IMG/VR virus record: IMGVR_UViG_3300033552_000004
Location: 2,415-66,414 of that record
From: a virus
Length of the DNA stretch: 64,000 bases
Direction: 5' to 3' (one strand)
Part shown: positions 57,722-64,000 of the stretch, piece after piece
How the letters are laid out: the number at the start of each line of letters is the position of its first letter
How positions within the stretch are numbered: position 1 is the first letter of the stretch
Made by a program: the position numbers and the translations under genes
Notes under the pieces: generated by a model
The model's database searches: none
Told to the model about the DNA's origin: nothing
What the model saw: the letters and a program-made list of their open reading frames with translations, nothing else

Positions 57722-60700
57722 TAGTTAAGTCCTGTTTTTGTTCGTTCCAAGTACGACGCATCCTCCATCGCACCCTTTGTACCGGCAACTACCATCCGAG
57801 CGTTCTGCTCGTTGGAGTCATATCCAGCCTCAATCATGTGCATTGTCTGATTGCGTTGCTCTTCCCTCAATTGCTTGAGTTCTTCACGGAGTGCCTTGAT
57901 TTCGTCAACCATCGCTGTGTCGGTTTTAAAGCCGGTGTTTCCGAGGTTGGCGCGGTACTCATTGTTCTGGCTTGCAGTGAGAACAGCCTCGCCCTTGTGC
58001 AACTCAGCGACGTAGCCGTCGAACGGTACGCTGCTCAGTCCCATAGCATGTGAACCGTCAACTCCCGGCAGGGAGCTAGGAGCCATTGCCAAGTGCAGGG
58101 CAACGATTGCCTCAGTCACTGTCAGCACACTCTCGTTGACATCCAGCAAACCCTTTACCTGCTCTTTCAACAAGTCAAGCGAGGCTGTTGCAACATCAAC
58201 TTGCGAAGCTGTGTACTTGCCCAGATCGGTAGTCGCAGCAAGCACCATGTCGTAGTCTGCTGTGTAGTTGACACCAGAGGCGTTAACTTCCCTGGACAGC
58301 TTCAAGAATTCCGAGGCAACCTTTTCAAAGTTACCGATAGCCGTCACATCGCCTGTGGCAGCAAGTGCCGAGGTGCTTGTGTACAGTGCTTGAGCGGTAG
58401 CGTACTTTTCAAAGCCTGACTTAGTTGACAGGTCACCCATGATTAGGGAGTTCTTAAAATCGCCAAGCGACTTCGTGAATTCCTTCATCTTGTCGATGGT
58501 GTTTTCCAGAGCCTCAGACTCCTTGTCATACGCATCGCTGAGGTTGTCTTTAGCCTTGTCAACAGCGTCACTGCGGGCCTCTTCTGCTTCAGCAAATGCG
58601 TCCGCAAACGCTCCACCAAGCAACAGCACCCTACCAGCCAACTCTTGGCTGGCGACGTCGCCAGCCATCAGGGAAGTGACTAGAGTTTTAAATCCGTCCT
58701 TCGTCTCTGGCATGACCACGTTGAGCCGCTTGAACTCAGCGCGTAGCTTGGAGAAGCTGATAACTTGTTTTTCAGCGTCTGAGTAGAAGCCGTCAATGAA
58801 GTCGCTCAATGCACTATCCAACTCTGCAATTCCACCAGCACCACGGATGGTGTCTCTGGAGATACCGTTGCCCAGCCCTGCGCCACGCATGGTGTCCTGA
58901 ATACTGAGTAGCGTTTTGTAGCCCTCTACCAAGTCACTCAAGCCACCATCCAGCACACGCATGACTTCTGCCATAGTTGTGCCAGCTTCTTTAGCCATGA
59001 TGCTCTCACGCACCAATTCTGCTGCGATGTCACCAGACTTGTTAGTCAGATTACGAATGTCCACCATCTGAATGCCGAAGCTTTCAAGCGCATTCATCGC
59101 TTGCTCGGAGCCGGTTGCTACGCGGACAATTGTCTCGTAGTAACCCTCCCCTGCCCGCTGAAACGCCTCAAACCCGCCAAACACTGTCCGAGCCATGCTG
59201 TCAGCAGTTGCTGAGAACATATCTTCCAGAGCCTGCTTCAGTTCGTCACCCTTCAAACCTTTGAAGCTCACTTCGGTATTGATGACATAAGCGTCCATTG
59301 CGGCTTTGATGTTTGCACCGTTTGCACCAAGTGACGTAGCCGCTTCCGCAACAGTGTCATTGATACTCTGGAACACCCGACCAATAGTCGTCGTGATTTC
59401 TGCATCAGCTGCCATGTAGCTGCGTTCGTTCCACGACTTAGCCTTAGAAAACCAACCGCCACTTTTCTGCTTGTTTACGTCAACATACTGCTGCGCGCCC
59501 TGGCCGCTACTGAATTGATCGGCTGTGCCATTTAAGGTCAAGCCGGTATCCATCACTGTAGTCGTAGTTTTTCCACCGAAAATACTAGAAAGGAAACCAC
59601 CACCAGAAGTCCCCTCAGCGATGCCGAAGTTCTTGCCAGTAGTCATGCCGGTGGCCCTGCCAATAGCTGCTGTGAGTCCCTGCATGGATGCCTCAATGCC
59701 GCGCAAGCTTGACAGCATGTTCGACGTAAGAACCAGGCCTACGTTGGAGTTGTCTTCCAAGGCAGACATTGCGTTAGCAATGGATGCTGACTTGGCTGTG
59801 TCGTCTCCGAGCACAGTACCTGTGTGTTGCTTCTCTTGACGGTCTTTGAAGTCAATCGGTGTAGCGGAGCCGCCACCACCACTGAAGCCTACACTTGCCA
59901 TAACAGCCAGCATTGCACCAATTGCTACAGGTGCGAACGGGCCGAGCCATGCGTACATCTTTGCTGCACCTTCCATGACGTAAGCACTGGCGCGGGCAAA
60001 GCTGGAGGCAATAGCGCCGCCTGTGGCGGCTGCGTCAACGCTGGCACCTGTGGTGACAGCGGTCGTCTCAACGCTCTTTGCGGATGCTGCTGTCAGGCTC
60101 CCCCACACCTTCGTAGCAGTGCTTTCAATGGTCATTGCCATCTCTGCAATGCGGAAGGCCCTCTCAGTAGCCGCCATGATTTTGTAGCCAGCGGTGTGCT
60201 CAGACATCAGGTCTTTAGCAGCGCCTGCCATAGCACCCGCTGCGCGGAGCTTAGACTGCATCTCCAACTTGTCTAGTGCTTGCAGGCCAGCAGTACGCTT
60301 CTTCTCGTCCGTGAGGGACATGAACTTGGCGCGCTGGTCGTCAATATCCTCTTGGGATTTACCGTAGACGCCAAGAGCTTTAGTCATCTTACCTATTGCA
60401 TCACCGGCCTTACCGAACGCCTCGCCAAGCGCATCACCGAAGTCCAATGCCTTCTTAGGGTTGAGCAGCTTGTCAAGCTCTTCAAGTGCAGCCTTCTCGT
60501 CCTGCGCTGCACCCAGTTCCCTAGTGGCACTGCCCATTTCGCGCAATGCGCGGGCTTGTGCCATATACGACACATACAGCTTTTCGTTGCCTCCTGGGTC
60601 AGTCTCATTCCTCGCCAACATCTCCAGCCTGCTAGCATCAGCCTCCATCTGTACAGCAGCCATATCCTTGGCTGCTGTTTTAGATATCGTCAGTGCCGCA

Positions 60701-62946
60701 ATTTGCTCGCGGATTCTCTGGGTCTGGTCAGCAATTACGAATGTGCCTGCGTCCATCTTCAAGAGCATGTCAGCCTCTGCCTTTGCAGCAGCTTCAGTAG
60801 CCTTGGTATTCCTGTCGCGCAGTTCTATTTCCTGCTCTAGGTTGAACATCCTTTTCACGCCTGCGTCAACCTTGTCACGCTCTTTGGGAGATAGTGCCTT
60901 ATAGTCCGCGTTTTTGCCAGAGTCGTACTCAGCACGTAGCTTCTCAGCAGGCGTTGCCTTTGCACCAGTTACAAGATGGATTTCTAACGCCTCTGTTGCA
61001 GCCTTAATGGATGAGGTCAGTATGTCGAAGTGGTTCCGCTTGTCTGGTGCAGGCCCGCCCATGTTTTTGCCAAAGACTTCAAGTCTTATCTGATCTTCAT
61101 AGGCTTTCTTCCAGACAGCGCCGACTTCTGCGGCACCGTCTTGAGCGGCCTTAAGCCTCCGCTCAAACTCCACTGGCTTTGACTCATGTTTCAAATTAAA
61201 CGTCGTCTGCCATTTGTCTACGGCAACGTCTTTGAGCCGCTTGTTGTTCTCTTCTACAGCGCGGACCTGGTCTGCCTGCACGACCTTAAGGCGTGCCAGT
61301 TCACCCTTTTCAAAGTCAAGATCAAGGCCGAGCATACTGGCTTCGCCAGTCTTACCCTCCTGTTTTGCCCGGTTCATTTTGAAGATAACCTCGTTGACCC
61401 TAGCAGTAGCGTTGATTACATTCTGTACGTGGGCGCTTTGATCTACGACTACCGGAGGAGCGATTTTGGCCTTCCCGTTGCGCTCGTCTAGCTTGTCAAT
61501 CTCGCGCTGAATCATTTCGATTCGCTTAGTGGTGTTAATCGAAGTTGCACCTGTTGCGGCAGTCTCCGACTGTGCATTAGACGCGGCAAATGCGCGGTAC
61601 GCTTGCACAGCGCCTATGCCTAACAGGGCAATGATAATACCTACAGGGCCAGCCAAGAGGGCCATGCCGCGACCAAAAGCCAGCACAGCTGTTTGAGCTA
61701 CGCCTATACCTGTAGCTGCCGTGGCGGCGGCGGCGGCAGTGGCAATCATTGCCGTGCTGACACCGCCCAGCCAAAATACAAACTTGATTGCAATGATAGA
61801 CCCGACAAGCATGGCAATCTTGCCGAAGTTGTCGTTGAGGAACAAGAACACGCTGACCATCGCGTCACGTATGGCCGGGATACTCTGCTCCAGAATAAGG
61901 ACGGCTGCAGCCAGCTTCGTGCCCATGCCAGTCTCTTCACCCATCTCGCCCATCGCCTTGAACCATGCGTTCTTCACACGCTGAATAGCGCCGTCTACTG
62001 TGATCGGCAGTTGTTCAAAGTCTTTACGCATTTGCGGCAGTGCGCGCTGTGCTGCACGGTTCATCAAATCGAAAGTAATCTCACCATCAGACCCCATCTT
62101 TTTCAGGGTCTTGCCGGTAGTTTCACTCCACTTGCCCGTAGCCTTTAACTCTTCTTCGATAGCACGAAGAATGCCGGGCGCACCTTCAGCGACAGCGTTA
62201 AATTCAGCGCCATTCAATCGGCCCGCGTTAACTGCTTGCGAATACTGAAGCATAACGGACGAGGATTCGGCTGCAGTAGCTCCATTCAGTTTCAGTGCCA
62301 AGGAGACATACTCAACTTGGTTAGCTGTCTCCTTAGCGTCTTTACCCATGCGCTGCATTGGGATAGCCATACGTGTGTACAGCTTGGCAGCATCTTCCAG
62401 AGGGACACGCAACCTCTGAGCCATATTGAACAGGTCTGCCTGCACCATCTTCGCTTCTTCCATGCTACCCGTAGCCAGCTTCAGCCTCGCCTGCATCATC
62501 TTCCAGCCGTCAGCGGCTTCGATAATACCTTTGGCAAAGTTGATACTCAGGTAGGCCAATGCGGCTGTCGTCATGGCGCGTATGGTCGAATTCACAATCC
62601 CACCATAGTGAGACTTCCGCTGAAACGCCTGGGCGGTTTGGCCCGATGTAGCGTTAAGCGTGCCCAGTTGAGAGTTCAGTAGCGCCACCTGTTTAGCCGT
62701 GGACGTAGCAGAGCTAGCCACCATGCCCATTTGCTGTGCAATGGCCGACATGAGTGCTGCGTGCTGCGCTGCAGCGCCTACGGCGCTGTTCTGAGCCGTC
62801 ATCAGCTTGCCCAAGGAATCCGTTAGGAGCTTAACCTTGGCTTCGTTTCGCCCAGCTGCATTGCCGAGCGAGTCGAGCCTGCGGACAGTCTCTTGAATGC
62901 CGACTGAGACTACTTCTACTTGTAGGGACGAGGTGTTTGCTGCCAT
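57721..62946 (-). CDS. tape measure protein
   Basis: 1741 aa; tape-measure domain Q.SQA...G.L.G.EFN.V.E; C-terminal GSHA.GL..VP.DGY.AELH.GE.VL. Confidence 0.93.
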   Translation of the reverse strand: MAANTSSLQVEVVSVGIQETVRRLDSLGNAAGRNEAKVKLLTDSLGKLMTAQNSAVGAAAQHAALMSAIAQQMGMVASSATSTAKQVALLNSQLGTLNATSGQTAQAFQRKSHYGGIVNSTIRAMTTAALAYLSINFAKGIIEAADGWKMMQARLKLATGSMEEAKMVQADLFNMAQRLRVPLEDAAKLYTRMAIPMQRMGKDAKETANQVEYVSLALKLNGATAAESSSVMLQYSQAVNAGRLNGAEFNAVAEGAPGILRAIEEELKATGKWSETTGKTLKKMGSDGEITFDLMNRAAQRALPQMRKDFEQLPITVDGAIQRVKNAWFKAMGEMGEETGMGTKLAAAVLILEQSIPAIRDAMVSVFLFLNDNFGKIAMLVGSIIAIKFVFWLGGVSTAMIATAAAAATAATGIGVAQTAVLAFGRGMALLAGPVGIIIALLGIGAVQAYRAFAASNAQSETAATGATSINTTKRIEMIQREIDKLDERNGKAKIAPPVVVDQSAHVQNVINATARVNEVIFKMNRAKQEGKTGEASMLGLDLDFEKGELARLKVVQADQVRAVEENNKRLKDVAVDKWQTTFNLKHESKPVEFERRLKAAQDGAAEVGAVWKKAYEDQIRLEVFGKNMGGPAPDKRNHFDILTSSIKAATEALEIHLVTGAKATPAEKLRAEYDSGKNADYKALSPKERDKVDAGVKRMFNLEQEIELRDRNTKATEAAAKAEADMLLKMDAGTFVIADQTQRIREQIAALTISKTAAKDMAAVQMEADASRLEMLARNETDPGGNEKLYVSYMAQARALREMGSATRELGAAQDEKAALEELDKLLNPKKALDFGDALGEAFGKAGDAIGKMTKALGVYGKSQEDIDDQRAKFMSLTDEKKRTAGLQALDKLEMQSKLRAAGAMAGAAKDLMSEHTAGYKIMAATERAFRIAEMAMTIESTATKVWGSLTAASAKSVETTAVTTGASVDAAATGGAIASSFARASAYVMEGAAKMYAWLGPFAPVAIGAMLAVMASVGFSGGGGSATPIDFKDRQEKQHTGTVLGDDTAKSASIANAMSALEDNSNVGLVLTSNMLSSLRGIEASMQGLTAAIGRATGMTTGKNFGIAEGTSGGGFLSSIFGGKTTTTVMDTGLTLNGTADQFSSGQGAQQYVDVNKQKSGGWFSKAKSWNERSYMAADAEITTTIGRVFQSINDTVAEAATSLGANGANIKAAMDAYVINTEVSFKGLKGDELKQALEDMFSATADSMARTVFGGFEAFQRAGEGYYETIVRVATGSEQAMNALESFGIQMVDIRNLTNKSGDIAAELVRESIMAKEAGTTMAEVMRVLDGGLSDLVEGYKTLLSIQDTMRGAGLGNGISRDTIRGAGGIAELDSALSDFIDGFYSDAEKQVISFSKLRAEFKRLNVVMPETKDGFKTLVTSLMAGDVASQELAGRVLLLGGAFADAFAEAEEARSDAVDKAKDNLSDAYDKESEALENTIDKMKEFTKSLGDFKNSLIMGDLSTKSGFEKYATAQALYTSTSALAATGDVTAIGNFEKVASEFLKLSREVNASGVNYTADYDMVLAATTDLGKYTASQVDVATASLDLLKEQVKGLLDVNESVLTVTEAIVALHLAMAPSSLPGVDGSHAMGLSSVPFDGYVAELHKGEAVLTASQNNEYRANLGNTGFKTDTAMVDEIKALREELKQLREEQRNQTMHMIEAGYDSNEQNARMVVAGTKGAMEDASYLERTKTGLN

Positions 62947-62959
62947 CTGAAATATCCTT

Positions 62960-63427
62960 TTATTCGTTCTCTATTTTTCTCTTGAAGTTTGCAAATGCAT
63001 TCTTCAACTTAGCTGCAACCATTTCACGGTCTGCAATCAATGCCTCGTCTACGTGTGTGTAGGGTGCTGGAGCGTCTATCTTTGTAGCTGTACTTAGTTC
63101 TCCCGCATACACTTCGCTCATGTTCTTAATGGTTAACTTTTCCCAAGTTGAAAGGTGGAGTTGCGTAACACGAAGCCAACTCTCAATCTCAGACCACGAC
63201 AATGCATTGACACCCATCCCGTTACTCTGCACAAGCCCTGCTTCAAACAAAAGCGTGATCAGGTATTCAGCACCGTCAAGATTAGGGAGGTTCAAAAACG
63301 ACGAATTCTCGTCCAAGTCCTTATAAGACTTGAGACGAGATTTCTTTGCACCTTCTGGCACGGCGTGTAGCCAGGCCAGTTGTCTAAGATATAGTGACAG
63401 TGATTCTGTTACGCCGAGAGAAAATTT
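62960..63427 (-). CDS. tail assembly chaperone GT (-1 frameshift extension)
   Basis: -1 frame from the slippery site is open and continues into ORF 62960-63361 (LSW.EI..W...L..WE). Confidence 0.75.
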   Translation of the reverse strand, partial: KFSLGVTESLSLYLRQLAWLHAVPEGAKKSRLKSYKDLDENSSFLNLPNLDGAEYLITLLFEAGLVQSNGMGVNALSWSEIESWLRVTQLHLSTWEKLTIKNMSEVYAGELSTATKIDAPAPYTHVDEALIADREMVAAKLKNAFANFKRKIENE

Positions 63428-63801
63428 GAAACGTCGCCCAGACCTGCGTCTACTTGGTCTTTGAGCCAGCTAAATTTTGCATCGCCGTACAGGGCGCGGA
63501 AAGTGTCGTCATCGCCCACTGGCTTGCCGCCGTAGCTGATGTTGTTAGCTTTTGCAGAGCAAGCGACGAGCAGTTCGATGCCTTCTTCTTTCATAACTTC
63601 GGCACTGGCTTGCTTCTTGCCACGCTTCAGCGCACGGTTTTGCATAGCTGTAATAGCATTGCGGTACTCTTTGGAACTAGTGCCGTGCAGGACAATCTCA
63701 ACTGGCTTACCGTCTTCGGTGAACAGGAGTTCATCGGAGACAGGGTGACGCAGTTGCAGGGATACGATGTCCTTGAGGGACAGGGAGTCGAGATTAAACA
63801 T
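63409..63801 (-). CDS. tail assembly chaperone G
   Basis: LRHP...L, G..S, W...QV...SNF; lies between the tail tube and TMP genes. Confidence 0.82.
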   Translation of the reverse strand: MFNLDSLSLKDIVSLQLRHPVSDELLFTEDGKPVEIVLHGTSSKEYRNAITAMQNRALKRGKKQASAEVMKEEGIELLVACSAKANNISYGGKPVGDDDTFRALYGDAKFSWLKDQVDAGLGDVSNFLSA

Positions 63802-63860
63802 ATATTTGGCTCACTTTCTTGGTAGGATTAACAGGTTGCTCTCTTCGGAGCTATAATGAA

Positions 63861-63885
63861 GAAAGGCTCCACTGTGGAGCCTTTC
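63861..63885 (-). terminator. hairpin terminator after the tail tube gene
   Basis: GAAAGGCTCCA-CTG-TGGAGCCTTTC (plus-strand reading). Confidence 0.7.
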
Positions 63886-63906
63886 GGTTTATCTCATTAT
63901 TGAGAC

Positions 63907-64000
63907 TTAGACTTCAACGATGTCGCCGTTGACTTCAATGGTGCAATTTGAACCAGTGATTTGGTCAACACTGCCGACGTTTACTTTGAACGAAGTGACC
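63907..64000 (-). CDS. major tail (tube) protein, C-terminal end
   Basis: ...VTSFKVNVGSVDQITGSNCTIEVNGDIVEV*; position upstream of the chaperone genes. Confidence 0.7.
   Translation of the reverse strand, partial: VTSFKVNVGSVDQITGSNCTIEVNGDIVEV

Larger units (their letters stand above)
961..63905. repeat. dispersed 14-bp palindrome TCYYAnTAnTRRGA (at least 22 copies)
   Basis: Copies start at 961, 3212, 4327, 4624, 6087, 6959, 9339, 18232, 20889, 23224, 25595, 26899, 29942, 30634, 33727, 36101, 36994, 38008, 41601, 42848, 53496, 63892; one-mismatch copies at 8683, 11731, 17604. Confidence 0.9.

Noticed and set aside
1-64000. tRNA genes
   Set aside because: No cloverleaf with T-loop and acceptor stem recognised in intergenic regions by eye; tRNAscan-SE is needed to exclude them formally
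1-64000. Stop-codon reassignment or a Z-base/7-deazaguanine modification cluster
   Set aside because: Core genes are intact in the standard code; no purZ, dpdA or que-type genes recognised

Overview
This window is about 64 kb of a tailed dsDNA phage genome, a siphovirus-type phage with a 1741-aa tape measure protein. The capsid and terminase genes lie outside the window. It has four blocks. (i) 1-10 kb, minus strand: small early/host-takeover genes, many with their own sigma70-like promoter and a shared leader motif. They include Gp88-like, bL12-CTD-like, WYL-like, HAD and MazG genes. (ii) 10-11.6 kb: an origin-like non-coding region (AT-rich segment bounded by an inverted repeat, DnaA boxes, 21-bp-periodic repeats) next to a plasmid RepL-like gene. 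(iii) 11.7-44.3 kb, plus strand: replication and nucleotide metabolism (ligase, ThyX, T7-like primase-helicase, SF1 helicase, PolA, dNMP kinase, exonuclease, split NrdA, NrdB, glutaredoxin, two free-standing HNH genes). (iv) 44.5-64 kb, minus strand: lysis and tail genes. Main unexplained signals: a 14-bp palindrome TCYYAnTAnTRRGA found at least 22 times genome-wide; a pair of non-coding elements repeated 5.83 kb apart with conserved ~920-bp internal spacing; a plasmid-like replicon inside a phage with its own replisome; NrdA split between two active-site cysteines with no insertion; and a probable ATT start for the endolysin. All product calls come from motif recognition by eye, with no database searches.
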